Virus record (IMG/VR): IMGVR_UViG_3300044695_008744
Source of the DNA: an uncultured virus (IMG/VR IMGVR_UViG_3300044695_008744)
Taxonomy: Duplodnaviria; Heunggongvirae; Uroviricota; Caudoviricetes
DNA length: 64,000 bases
Strand: one strand, 5' to 3'
Shown one piece after another: positions 9,609-19,675 of the stretch. The position numbers and the translations under genes were made by a program. The stretch's first letter is position 1; each line of letters begins with the position of its first letter. The notes beneath the pieces are model-generated. The model was given only the letters and a program-made list of their open reading frames with translations, searched no databases and had not been told where the DNA came from.

Positions 9609-12600
9609 GATGATCTAATAACGAAAGAGTCTCCTGGTGGATATCCACTATTCACTGATTCTGCATCTTCTAGTGTTTTAGAAACATTAAAAAATACAAT
9701 ATTGTCGATTGGTGCGCCAGAATTTAAACTCACAGGATTTGGAGTAATTCCAGATGATATTGAATTATAGTTAATTAATGTGTTTCCTGCTCCTACATTC
9801 CAATTCACTTGAATCATGGAAGTAGATAAAGAGAAATAATATACCTTAAAATACACAGGCAAAGATCTTTCAGAAACACTTAAACTTGAAGATGAAACAA
9901 TGATGCCTGTTGAAATTGTGCTAAATGTATCAATCAAAGGTTGAGAATTATTGTTGATGTATAGCTGGACACCAGCAGATGTACCTATAGTGATTGAAAC
10001 TGGAACGGTTGATGCCAAGTTCCCAGATGGTTGAAAAGTACCTTCAAATATCCCCGATTTTACTCCAGTAGAAATTCCTATTATTGTGTTAGCAGAACCC
10101 TGTAAATAATTTATTGAATCCACATAGGATTGCTGAATAACATTGAAGATTGAAAAGTTTTTATAATTAGAAGTGGTTCTATCCATCCAAGTCACTTTCC
10201 ATTTTGGATAAGCATTTAAGGTAATTGTTTCTTGATTATAAATTCCATTTGAATTATATCCAATATTAACATAAATATCATGAGAATATCCCAAATACTG
10301 ATAAACAGGTAAACTCGTACCAATTACACTTGTATTATTCAAAAATGCTCTTGGATAAATTGATAATGGTTGATTTACAAGATCTGATTTATATGACCAG
10401 TAACCATCTACCACATTTACAGGATCTGACTCTCTCAATCTATTTGGTTTTGCCAAACCAAATTGTGATTTATCTGTGTAATTGAAAGCTCCATAAATAT
10501 CTGGACTTACTTGATTAAAAAGTTTATTGAACACAAAATTGAAATTAACAGAAGTGTTAGACAGCCCAATCTGGCTCAAAGTAGACATGCCCAAAAGCAC
10601 ACCATCATATTGTGAAAGAGATCTACTCGCAAATGCTTGATTAATAAATAAAGGATTTGCTGATATTAAACTTGCTGAGTTAATAATTGTTCCAGAATAT
10701 AGTGTACTATTGAAAGTAAATGCCACTCCAGTAAAAGTGCTTGAAAGAGATGCAACATTAACCAAATTACTAAAAATTATTCCTGTTTCAGAATTATAAG
10801 TGGTAGATATTTTTAAAGACAAATTATTGGCGCCTTCATATTCACTATTTTTTCTTAAGTTAATATTGGCTCCAATCGTATCACTAATTAATAAATCAGA
10901 GCCAAAAATATTTGATAAATTTATTGGAGCTTTGGCAATATCTAAATCATAACCATTTGTGGAAATTCCACCAGCTATAATAAAGTAATTTGGGTCATTG
11001 TAAATATCTGATGACAGTATAGAATAATCAGAAGTTGAAATCCCAGTAAATGATCCTTTTATGCTTAAAAAACAATTAGTCAAATTTTGTTTTATCGAAA
11101 CATAGTATACTGATTGTGAGAGTGACACTAAAGTATTAGCAAAATTAAAATATATTGGAATGTTTAGATCTGAATAACTATTTCTACTAATTTCAGTTAT
11201 AGATATTCTATCTGAACTTGCCACTTCAGTTTTTATATTATCCTCTAGCGCATAAATTTTAAATTGTATATCTCCACTTGGATTTTTGCCATTCAATTCA
11301 ATTAATTTACAGCTTATTGTAACAAAACTAATTTGTTTGTTGCCGAAAGAATATGGCACAGTAATTGAATTGAATATTTCATCTTCATATAAAAGATAAG
11401 TTTGCGAACCAGCTGTATAGTTTAGATTGGACAAGTTTGTGTTAGGTGTAGAAAAATTATTAATGTTTTCTAAATCACCTGGCTGTAAATTCAAAGGGGC
11501 TATTAAGAATGAATCAATGGTAGGGGCATTATTTATTTTTATATCAATGTCAGCAAAAGAAGTGTAACCTAAGCCAACTAATGCTCTAGGGTTGAATTTA
11601 AAACCAGCATTGTAGCCTATAGCTGGAGGTTTAGTTTGTGTGAAACTTGTTATAATTTTGCTTGTATTTACGGTTGCTGAAAACTCAGAAACATTATCCA
11701 TAACCAAAGTTATAGAAGCGCTAGATGTTCCAATGCCTGTAGAAGTAAACCCAACATTCAGAAAAGTACTAAAACCGAAGTAAAAATTACTTCCTGGATT
11801 TAGAATTTTTATTGAGCTTGGATCTAAAATACCACTTGATAAAATACTAAATTCAATTTGAGCAGGTTGTTCGTCTGATTTTTGATTATCTGGAGGTAAA
11901 AACCATGCAGTGTATCCTCCAGGTATTTGTGAGCTTCCAAAAGAATTTACAGTAACAGATTTCAATCTACAATTGTAACCTACAGGAATATTTGAGATTG
12001 TGTATGGGGGTGAACCAACAAAAGCTGTAGCAATGCCACTTAAAATATTTGCCGTCAGATTAGTAAACCCTGTATCATCAATTTGAGCTGGCTCTAAGAA
12101 TTTTTCATCAAATCCTTCGTTCCAATATTTAGGTTGATTGACAACATAATTAGCAGCACATATTGAAATACTCGTGAGCGCATTGAAGTTGTTTGAAAAC
12201 TTATCTAAATTAATAGTGTAAAAAGAATTTCCAGCATCAAGATAATCTTGTATGGCTTCGTTGATGTCATCAGAATTAGTTATGCCCTGACTTCTTAAAT
12301 AATCTATAAACTCTTCGTAGGTATATTTTGTAGAATCTTTAGGTGAAAAAGATTTAGTAAGTATTGGGACAACAGATCCATCTTTTAAATTTGGAATAAG
12401 ACCAGAGTATCCATACAATCTGAATTCATTTATGCTTGAAACACTATAGTCGCTGTAATCCGTAGAATCTGGATTTGCTAAATAATAATATCCAATAGTA
12501 TCTTGGTTGTTAAAAATCCTGTTGTTGTAATCACTTTCAGAGATCAGATATTTAGATGCCATCAAATATAAAATTTTATTTAAATAATTTTGATTGTTGT

Positions 12601-14329
12601 ATCCGAATTTCAAATTTAATGTGTAATCCAGTGCTAATCCTTGCCCTTGACTGTAAGGATCAATTCCATTGCAAACTAAGCTAATTGGTTTATAGATTTC
12701 GAAAGCAGTGTCGGAGGGTAAATTATAATCGTTATATAAGGTTAATCTACCCTGATCAAAAATCAAAAACTCTTTACTTGAGACTATATGCACCGCTTCA
12801 TAAATGGATTTTTCTTCATATTCAGAAAAATTCAATGGTGGAGTGTCAGTGGTTCCATAAGGTTGTGTGAAATTTTTCAAGGTGTTCCTTGAAATTATTA
12901 AATTTTCGCCAGCAAAGTATTCATCGACATTATTGAAATTTACTCCAAAAAACAAATCAGCTATAAAATTATCTAAAGTGTTTAGATATAATGATTTCAA
13001 TTCATTTAATGCTAAAGAATAATTCTTTGCTGCTGGTAAATATTCAGCAAAAGCTATCCACAAATTTTCATCTGGAATTACTTTAACAAAAGCTGAAGGC
13101 ACAATTTGTGTATTGTAAACAATGCTGTAATCATTTTGTAAATTTATTTTTTTAGGATTTTTTTCAAAAATAAAAATATTAGCTGGAACATTTCTGTTAT
13201 ATAATTTTTCTAAACTTTTAATATTTAAAGAACTAGCAAAATTTGATTCAAAAAGATTTTTCAAATCATAGCTTGCATTTGCTGAAGTATTTTGTTTTGT
13301 ACCCGATGTAATAAAATCTCCATAAAAATACACATAATTTTGATTTGAACTTAATATATTATTGAAGTTAACATTTTCATAAGCAAAATATCTTGTTGGC
13401 TGGCTTTGTTCTGAAAATACTCCATCAATTAGAGTTTCATTTATTCTGTCTGGAGCCCATAAATATGGATCACTTTCAACAAAACACTGTGTTGTGAACC
13501 CGATAGAATATGGGGTAGTATTTGACCAAAAATTCTTTCTGCCTGAAATTGAAGTGATATTTGTTTGAATTGAAGATGTTGTTAAAATACCTAATTTATT
13601 TATGAAATTTTGAGTACCAACATATTTAATTGATGAGTTGGTGTTTGAATTTGTGGAAATAAAACTTGAATCATTATTTCCCCAATAAAAAGTTAGATTG
13701 TAATTAGATATTGAAGAATTAATATAGTTTAGTTTTATGAGTAAATTTGTTTGTGGCTGAGCATAAGACCATGCATAATCAAATCTTATCAAATTAGAAT
13801 TTACATACCCACTAGAAATATTAAAATTATCATTGCCATATACTGCAAAGTCTATTGGAGCATCAAAGAGATGAGAATTAAATTGATTTCCAGATAAATC
13901 AAAACTTGAATAAGGAATGGATATTACAGAAGTTTTATTTATACCCACTGCACTAAATGAGTAAATTTCTCCAGACAAAAAAGTACTGCTAAAGCCAAAA
14001 TTGTAATTTAAGATTGTGGTTGAAATATGTGTACATAAATTAAATGAAGGATAATTTTCAGTGTTTGTTAATCCTATTTTGACATTTTGCAGGCTTTGAA
14101 GCAAATAGTCTGTTTGGTTAGATTGTATCTCTGATTGATACGGTGCAAGAATAGAAGCCAAATCATAATTTTCTGTTACCGTGGATCCTATTATTTCCGA
14201 AGCTGATTCAAAAAAATGAGCACTTACACCAATATTTTTATTCATGTCACCAATTGTTTCATCCAACACTTGATAAGTGATTGCATTAGAGTGAACAATA
14301 TTTGTGAAGAATTTTTGTATCGTTGTCAT
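9605..14329 (-). CDS. large virion structural protein
   Basis: 1574 aa, N/S/T-rich beta-strand composition, one IKILNPGSNF-type repeat. Confidence 0.55.
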   Translation of the reverse strand: MTTIQKFFTNIVHSNAITYQVLDETIGDMNKNIGVSAHFFESASEIIGSTVTENYDLASILAPYQSEIQSNQTDYLLQSLQNVKIGLTNTENYPSFNLCTHISTTILNYNFGFSSTFLSGEIYSFSAVGINKTSVISIPYSSFDLSGNQFNSHLFDAPIDFAVYGNDNFNISSGYVNSNLIRFDYAWSYAQPQTNLLIKLNYINSSISNYNLTFYWGNNDSSFISTNSNTNSSIKYVGTQNFINKLGILTTSSIQTNITSISGRKNFWSNTTPYSIGFTTQCFVESDPYLWAPDRINETLIDGVFSEQSQPTRYFAYENVNFNNILSSNQNYVYFYGDFITSGTKQNTSANASYDLKNLFESNFASSLNIKSLEKLYNRNVPANIFIFEKNPKKINLQNDYSIVYNTQIVPSAFVKVIPDENLWIAFAEYLPAAKNYSLALNELKSLYLNTLDNFIADLFFGVNFNNVDEYFAGENLIISRNTLKNFTQPYGTTDTPPLNFSEYEEKSIYEAVHIVSSKEFLIFDQGRLTLYNDYNLPSDTAFEIYKPISLVCNGIDPYSQGQGLALDYTLNLKFGYNNQNYLNKILYLMASKYLISESDYNNRIFNNQDTIGYYYLANPDSTDYSDYSVSSINEFRLYGYSGLIPNLKDGSVVPILTKSFSPKDSTKYTYEEFIDYLRSQGITNSDDINEAIQDYLDAGNSFYTINLDKFSNNFNALTSISICAANYVVNQPKYWNEGFDEKFLEPAQIDDTGFTNLTANILSGIATAFVGSPPYTISNIPVGYNCRLKSVTVNSFGSSQIPGGYTAWFLPPDNQKSDEQPAQIEFSILSSGILDPSSIKILNPGSNFYFGFSTFLNVGFTSTGIGTSSASITLVMDNVSEFSATVNTSKIITSFTQTKPPAIGYNAGFKFNPRALVGLGYTSFADIDIKINNAPTIDSFLIAPLNLQPGDLENINNFSTPNTNLSNLNYTAGSQTYLLYEDEIFNSITVPYSFGNKQISFVTISCKLIELNGKNPSGDIQFKIYALEDNIKTEVASSDRISITEISRNSYSDLNIPIYFNFANTLVSLSQSVYYVSIKQNLTNCFLSIKGSFTGISTSDYSILSSDIYNDPNYFIIAGGISTNGYDLDIAKAPINLSNIFGSDLLISDTIGANINLRKNSEYEGANNLSLKISTTYNSETGIIFSNLVNVASLSSTFTGVAFTFNSTLYSGTIINSASLISANPLFINQAFASRSLSQYDGVLLGMSTLSQIGLSNTSVNFNFVFNKLFNQVSPDIYGAFNYTDKSQFGLAKPNRLRESDPVNVVDGYWSYKSDLVNQPLSIYPRAFLNNTSVIGTSLPVYQYLGYSHDIYVNIGYNSNGIYNQETITLNAYPKWKVTWMDRTTSNYKNFSIFNVIQQSYVDSINYLQGSANTIIGISTGVKSGIFEGTFQPSGNLASTVPVSITIGTSAGVQLYINNNSQPLIDTFSTISTGIIVSSSSLSVSERSLPVYFKVYYFSLSTSMIQVNWNVGAGNTLINYNSISSGITPNPVSLNSGAPIDNIVFFNVSKTLEDAESVNSGYPPGDSFVIRSS

Positions 14330-15360
14330 TACACTGCATTTACGTTAACATTATTTGGTCCAAATTGATCTACACTTATAATTTCCTTCGCCTTCAAGGT
14401 AAATTCTGCAGAATGAAGAAAAGCCGCGCTCATTCCATCGTTTGATGGTTTTATGTCGCCCACTTGTATATCTTGTAAAAATCTCATCAAATCTGCCTTA
14501 TTGGTTGAAATAGAATTTAAGTTGGTATTCCATTTTGAATTAGATGTAATTGTTGATGGCTTGATGCCAGACTCCCAATCAGAAATGAATGCTTGCACTG
14601 CTTGATATGCCACGCCTGCCCAATCATAGTAAGGTGGACTTCCTGAGGCGTGTGTTTCTAGCCAAAAATTGTTTATGTTTGTGATAATGTTATTAACATA
14701 ACTATTTAAAACTGTTGTCGCAGCACCTACATGTCCAGAGCCTCCAGAAATAGTTAATGTACCTGAAGAATATGGATTAGAAAAAGTGGTGGCTGAAATG
14801 CCAATGCCTGAAGACAATATTTCCGCAACATTAACATTGCCTGATATTCCTTTAGAAAGTCTTATGTAGGCGTTTGGATTACTAAAACCTGATCCTGACA
14901 CGCTGAAGATAAATCCTGTAGTTAAACCTGCTGGTAAGCTTGCGCTTGTGATACCAACATTTGTTATTACACCTGTGTCAATGTAGTGAATTGGGCTCAA
15001 AGGTAGTTTTCCGCAAAATGGACATAAATCACAAACCCACATACTTCTGTGATTTTTCAAAATATTATGGGCTACTCTGGCAGCTTCTAAAACCACTCTT
15101 TCAGAAGTTTCTTTATCATCATTTGAAGAATAAATTGTAACCCCGATTGTATATTCTATTTCTCTTAAACCAAAGCCAATATCTTTTAAATTACTTGAAG
15201 TGTTTCTTAGCACAACACCTAGAGGGGAAGGTAAAATTTGCCTGTCTCCAAAAAACCATTGCTCAATTACTCGATCATAAATTTCTGGATATCCTTGGGA
15301 ATTTTTAGGAAAATCAGTGTACAAAATTGCCTTTATTGTATCATAGATTTTTTCTACCAT
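14329..15360 (-). CDS. putative tail completion/terminator-like protein with insertion
   Basis: Directly downstream of the DUF1320-like gene; EYTIGVTIY and HSAEFTLKA flank a CDLCPFC-containing insert. Confidence 0.4.
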   Translation of the reverse strand: MVEKIYDTIKAILYTDFPKNSQGYPEIYDRVIEQWFFGDRQILPSPLGVVLRNTSSNLKDIGFGLREIEYTIGVTIYSSNDDKETSERVVLEAARVAHNILKNHRSMWVCDLCPFCGKLPLSPIHYIDTGVITNVGITSASLPAGLTTGFIFSVSGSGFSNPNAYIRLSKGISGNVNVAEILSSGIGISATTFSNPYSSGTLTISGGSGHVGAATTVLNSYVNNIITNINNFWLETHASGSPPYYDWAGVAYQAVQAFISDWESGIKPSTITSNSKWNTNLNSISTNKADLMRFLQDIQVGDIKPSNDGMSAAFLHSAEFTLKAKEIISVDQFGPNNVNVNAV

Positions 15361-15363
15361 TTA

Positions 15364-15855
15364 TTATGAACCACCCTTGCTTCTGCCACCCTCTGCAGGA
15401 TTTCTAGGTACTCCTTGAAGAGGTGATCTAACAAATCTACTCCCCCTTGTATTTCTGTTACCATAAATCCTTAATTCACCATTTTGCAACTTGTAAAGTT
15501 GCTCGTATGCCCATTTCACACGATCTTTTATTGCATCAGACATTTGCCTATCAGCGCCTTGTAATTTTTGTTCAAAAATTCTAGATGCAGCTAAAATGGC
15601 GACAATTTCCAAAATTGGCTTAGGATAATTTATTTCACCATCAAAATTTACTTTTTTCAAAGGAACATCGTATTGAGTAGCCAAAGAGCCATCAACTTCA
15701 TCAGAAGCTTGTTCAATAAAATAATCTAAATCAATATTAAATACAGATTCTGGGGTTGGATTCCTATAGCTAGGCGATGGATTGTCTCCTTCAACGACAA
15801 TGTTAGGTGGTAAGTATTTCTTTACGTCTTCTTTTGAACAATATAATCTAGCCAT
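15364..15855 (-). CDS. head-tail connector/neck protein, DUF1320 (Mu gp36-like)
   Basis: YCSKEDV...IEQASDEVDGSLATQYDVPL...ILAASRI...LYKLQNGE matches the family pattern. Confidence 0.7.
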   Translation of the reverse strand: MARLYCSKEDVKKYLPPNIVVEGDNPSPSYRNPTPESVFNIDLDYFIEQASDEVDGSLATQYDVPLKKVNFDGEINYPKPILEIVAILAASRIFEQKLQGADRQMSDAIKDRVKWAYEQLYKLQNGELRIYGNRNTRGSRFVRSPLQGVPRNPAEGGRSKGGS

Positions 15856-16522
15856 TTGGTTGCCCCTCTATTTTTTCTAAGTATTTTGGCACATAATCAG
15901 CGCCCTCATCTTCTCCAATTAAACCAAAACTATTTAAAGTTTTTCTGGATATTTCTGTATACACTGGGATATCTTCTAACTCAGATCCCGATCTTGCTGC
16001 TGATGAAATTACTCTTGGATAATCAATATCTAAATCTTTGAACGCTTTAGAATGAGCATTGTATATTTCAACAAAATCTGGTTCATAAGGTGTGCTTTGC
16101 CAATTTGATATTTCTCTGGCTAAGCTTTTTGATAAATCATACAATAAAACTTTACCTTGTTGTTTCTTGCATAATTGAATAGCTTGTTGTATTGGTAAGC
16201 CTGGTTTGATATTTTGTGTAATATTGTAAAATACAGCTTTGACACCATCAGAGCTCAAGTAATCTTGTCCTGGAATTACTTTAAGATCAATTCCAGATTG
16301 TTCAGCTTGCTTTTTTGCTATGTATCCAGGTTGCACTCCAAATCTGGACACAATTCCAATTACATCTAACCCCTTGACTATTGCCGAAGACAAAATAGAT
16401 TTAATTTTTGATTCGATCTCTGATTGGTTTTGCGCTTCCAGCTCTTCACCAAGATAGACACGAAGATCCATCCTCAAATTGTGTTTTCTTAAAGCTGTTT
16501 TTAAAAATACGGAATACCACAC
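15848..16522 (-). CDS. PHP-fold protein, metal-binding residues apparently degenerate
   Basis: AIVKGLDVIGI, LKVIPGQD, AIQLCKKQQG and DFVEIYNAH follow the PHP layout; DLHxH is replaced by DLRVY. Confidence 0.6.
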   Translation of the reverse strand: MWYSVFLKTALRKHNLRMDLRVYLGEELEAQNQSEIESKIKSILSSAIVKGLDVIGIVSRFGVQPGYIAKKQAEQSGIDLKVIPGQDYLSSDGVKAVFYNITQNIKPGLPIQQAIQLCKKQQGKVLLYDLSKSLAREISNWQSTPYEPDFVEIYNAHSKAFKDLDIDYPRVISSAARSGSELEDIPVYTEISRKTLNSFGLIGEDEGADYVPKYLEKIEGQPNG

Positions 16523-16556
16523 ACAATCTATTTAAAGAAAAATGACCTATTAGCCT

Positions 16557-17231
16557 TCAAATTCTTTTATTACCGCAGCCGCCACAGAAGTTATCAGTAG
16601 TTAAGTATTTGCTTCCGCATGAACGACAAAATGAGTCTTTTGCTGAAGGGGGGGCGGTGATGAGGGGGTTTTTCCAAGGCATTGCTATAGGATGACTAGA
16701 AGATGGTTGTCCTGGCTCGAATATATTTTCTGTTACTATATTTTCTCTTTTTTTATAAGGATTTATTTCAGGCTCAATTACTCTTTGGGGTAATCTATTT
16801 CCATTTTCATCAAATCTTAAAGCTAAATTAACCATTGCTGATCTGTAACCTAAATGTTGATTCAAATTTTTAATCACTTCTTCTTCTGATAGATCATCAA
16901 GCATATCTGTGCTCCAATCTGGAACTTCATCTAAATCAACTGTGTCTTCAGCGTCACATTCTAATGAAATATGTCCAATGAATTGATTTTCAGTTTCTTC
17001 AGTTTGTTCTGGCAATATCCCTAAAGAAATACCCAGCTTCTCTAGATTTTCGTTAAATAATGATGAAGAGTTAACTGAAACCCTACCAGGTCCTATTATA
17101 TTACCTGTAATTTTAGCCTTAGGTTCAATTGAACTATCGCTTGTACCAGTGATGCCACTTGATCCTTTTTTATATTCGCCTATCTTATCTTTAGAAAAAG
17201 AGATTCTTGTTTCTTTTGTATTGTCATTCAT
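16557..17231 (-). CDS. protein with C-terminal zinc ribbon
   Basis: FCRSCG...NFCGGCG at the C-terminus. Confidence 0.65.
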   Translation of the reverse strand: MNDNTKETRISFSKDKIGEYKKGSSGITGTSDSSIEPKAKITGNIIGPGRVSVNSSSLFNENLEKLGISLGILPEQTEETENQFIGHISLECDAEDTVDLDEVPDWSTDMLDDLSEEEVIKNLNQHLGYRSAMVNLALRFDENGNRLPQRVIEPEINPYKKRENIVTENIFEPGQPSSSHPIAMPWKNPLITAPPSAKDSFCRSCGSKYLTTDNFCGGCGNKRI

Positions 17232-17232
17232 A

Positions 17233-17565
17233 TTAAGATTGTGTAAATTGATAGCCCTTCAGTTCTAATTCTTGATTTGAATCATCCATCTGCTTTAATG
17301 TCGGCAAAAGAGTGTTCATTATTTCTAACTCACCCCACTCTGGTGGAACTGCAACTGTAAAAGTGACTTTATGAACTTTTTTTTCAGGTGTCTGAGTGGA
17401 TGGTGTTGCAAAATTCTTAATGTTTGGGTTGAGGTTTAAATTTTGTTCAGTTCCAGTATTTACAGAAGTAGATAGCTCTTGTGCTATTTTTATCAATTCC
17501 TCAGATAACAAAGGCTCAGTATTTCTGATCAAAGATGCAGCTTTAAATAATTTTTCAAAGTTCAT
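17233..17565 (-). CDS. hypothetical protein, possible head-associated protein
   Basis: 110 aa; N-terminal segment ends in EELIKIAQ. Confidence 0.6.
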   Translation of the reverse strand: MNFEKLFKAASLIRNTEPLLSEELIKIAQELSTSVNTGTEQNLNLNPNIKNFATPSTQTPEKKVHKVTFTVAVPPEWGELEIMNTLLPTLKQMDDSNQELELKGYQFTQS

Positions 17566-17791
17566 ATTACTATTTTACAAAAAACTTCCAAAAAACCTTA
17601 AAAAAAATGACCTTTACTGTGTAGGAAAAGTATATATAATTAATACTAATTAAAAACTAAATTAGAACTAAGGTTTTTTTTTAAATTTATGTATAATGTT
17701 AATGAGAATGCCGTCAATTCAAGGAAAAGGGCGTAAATATTCTCACACAATCTGCAAGGGTTTTAAATTTATATTTTAGAAAAAAATTAGT

Positions 17792-17992
17792 ATGAAGAGT
17801 GCTTACAAGAAAATTAAAAATATAATTGACGATACTTGTCACATATCTTTGAATGAAGATCATGGAGATTGTGATGATAAAATATCAAAATTTTTAATTG
17901 AAGAAGCAAAACTTCAGTGTATTATTAAAGTTTTAATTGAACACAATTATATTGATTCAAATCATAGAACTTTTCCTGAATACACATCATAA
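17792..17992 (+). CDS. small hypothetical protein
   Basis: 66 aa ORF ending 8 nt before the ribonuclease gene. Confidence 0.5.
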   Translation: MKSAYKKIKNIIDDTCHISLNEDHGDCDDKISKFLIEEAKLQCIIKVLIEHNYIDSNHRTFPEYTS

Positions 17993-18000
17993 GGAAAAAA

Positions 18001-18423
18001 ATGAATAAAAACATATCTACAAAAATTGTATCAGCTCTTTCGATCTTTGCTCTGGCAACCACTTCTTTTGCACAATCTACTTTCGGGAGACCTCACATTA
18101 ATTCAGTGACTGGTAGAGTTAATGTTTTACCAAATGTAAGAGTTATTGATTTTGGAAGACTCATTTATCAAGGAAGAATGGACGTAAATTCTACTATTGA
18201 TAGAATCAGATTGGGTAGAAAGCTAAATCATAAAAATGACGGATCATTTTTTTCAAATTTTCAACGAAGACTTCCAGCAAGCCCAGACACACAATACTAC
18301 AGAGAGTTTGTTCATCAAATGAATGGTTTTCCTTTTCCTGGACCACAAAGAGTGGTAATTGGCAAAAGAGGAGAAGTGTGGTATACAGGTGATCATTACA
18401 GTTCTTTTTTCAAAGTAAGATAA
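18001..18423 (+). CDS. secreted guanyl-specific ribonuclease (barnase/RNase Sa family)
   Basis: Sec signal peptide ending TTSFA; FSNFQRRLP, YYREF, GPQRVVIG, WYTGDHYSSF with catalytic E, R and H; SD AAGGA. Confidence 0.85.
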   Translation: MNKNISTKIVSALSIFALATTSFAQSTFGRPHINSVTGRVNVLPNVRVIDFGRLIYQGRMDVNSTIDRIRLGRKLNHKNDGSFFSNFQRRLPASPDTQYYREFVHQMNGFPFPGPQRVVIGKRGEVWYTGDHYSSFFKVR

Positions 18424-18442
18424 GATTGTGTATAATTAATAC

Positions 18443-19462
18443 ATGAGTAAGATTGAATCCGACAAAGAAAAAAAACAATCTATAAAACCTATTGCTAAAA
18501 AAACTGATTTTAATGGTGATAAAATAACACATTCTGAAACCGAAAAAACCAGAGGTGTTGTTGTATTTTTATCATCTGACTTAAGTGGTGCACCAGAAGT
18601 AATAGATGTTCACGACGGTACAGTAGATTTGGATGCTACCAACTCTCTAAAGAATGACACCGAATCAGAAAACTTGGTATTACAAAGCTTATATTTTGAT
18701 TCAATTTCGCCTGAAATCAATTGTAAACAACAAAAAATGTATCTAAAAGGCTCAGGTTTAAATTCAAAATTACCTGAGATTAAATGCAAAACAACACTCA
18801 GGGAGCGAATAGAAGATAAAAAAAACTCAATGCTGTCTAGAACTATTTTTTTGATAAATTTGTTCTTTTTGAAGAAAAAGTACACAAATTTCTTTACAAA
18901 TATTTATTCAGAAATAATACCAGAAGATGTTTTCCAAGCAAAGGTTTTGAATTTGACTAAGTTCAATCGCAATAGATTGATGAAAAAGTATGGTATCAGT
19001 GAAGATGAGCTCAATTTTATTGCTTTTGCAAGATTCTCGTACCCATTTATAACTAGAGGTGAAAAAGAATGGAGCAAAATCGAAAAAAATGCTGATGCGT
19101 TCATTGCAAGAAAATGGATAACAGAAGACATTAAAGGTAATTTCAAAATAAATGTTAGCAAAGTTTATACATTCAGGGAAAAAATTATTTTTCCTAATCA
19201 ATTTAAAGACATTGTTATCAAAAAAGCTTTTAATTGGAAAATCTTAAATAAGATTCTGAGAAAAGTTGAAAGAAGTGCAAAAACTCAAGTGCACGTTTAT
19301 ACTATTTCTCAAATTAGCAAACTTCCTTTTACCCAATTTGGAAATAGTAATATTGCCACTCATCCTCCTATTAGTAAAAATGATGAACAAATAAGTAGTT
19401 TGATCAAGAAAAAACCAATTGAAGCAATGAGTAGCATTAATAAAAAAAATTTTTTAAAATAA
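18443..19462 (+). CDS. hypothetical basic protein
   Basis: 339 aa Lys-rich ORF directly upstream of tRNA array 1; TATAAT just before the ATG. Confidence 0.6.
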   Translation: MSKIESDKEKKQSIKPIAKKTDFNGDKITHSETEKTRGVVVFLSSDLSGAPEVIDVHDGTVDLDATNSLKNDTESENLVLQSLYFDSISPEINCKQQKMYLKGSGLNSKLPEIKCKTTLRERIEDKKNSMLSRTIFLINLFFLKKKYTNFFTNIYSEIIPEDVFQAKVLNLTKFNRNRLMKKYGISEDELNFIAFARFSYPFITRGEKEWSKIEKNADAFIARKWITEDIKGNFKINVSKVYTFREKIIFPNQFKDIVIKKAFNWKILNKILRKVERSAKTQVHVYTISQISKLPFTQFGNSNIATHPPISKNDEQISSLIKKKPIEAMSSINKKNFLK

Positions 19463-19484
19463 AATAAAATAAGAAACTTTTTTA

Positions 19485-19513
19485 AAGGAAAAACCGTCTA
19501 AGATTGTGTAATA
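19485..19513 (+). promoter_or_regulatory. putative promoter of tRNA array 1 (AAGG-N21-AATA)
   Basis: Matches the motif recurring upstream of many genes in the window. Confidence 0.5.
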
Positions 19514-19529
19514 TAAAAAAGGAACTAAA

Positions 19530-19583
19530 ATGACAAATTCGCTACTCCATTCATATCCAGCCTACGCACCCTCATCGGGGTAG
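19530..19583 (+). CDS. attenuator leader peptide of tRNA array 1 (MTNSLLHSYPAYAPSSG)
   Basis: SD AAGGA 19519-19523, ATG 19530, TAG 19581-19583; codons CTA, CAT, TAT, TAC, CCA and GCA match the five downstream anticodons. Confidence 0.85.
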   Translation: MTNSLLHSYPAYAPSSG

Positions 19584-19612
19584 TGGCTCGTTGCGTATTT
19601 GACAAGCTACAG

Positions 19613-19646
19613 AACCCCGAAGGACTCAAATCTTTCGGGGTTTTTT
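19613..19646 (+). terminator. intrinsic terminator (attenuator) upstream of tRNA array 1
   Basis: AACCCCGAAGGA-ctcaaa-TCTTTCGGGGTT 12-bp stem followed by a T tract. Confidence 0.9.
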
Positions 19647-19652
19647 ATTTTT

Positions 19653-19664
19653 GAACATTGACAA
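19653..19664 (+). promoter_or_regulatory. boxA-like antitermination element
   Basis: GAACATTGACAA resembles rrn boxA; 11 nt before the first tRNA, same spacing as array 2. Confidence 0.55.
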
Positions 19665-19675
19665 TTTAATAAAAT

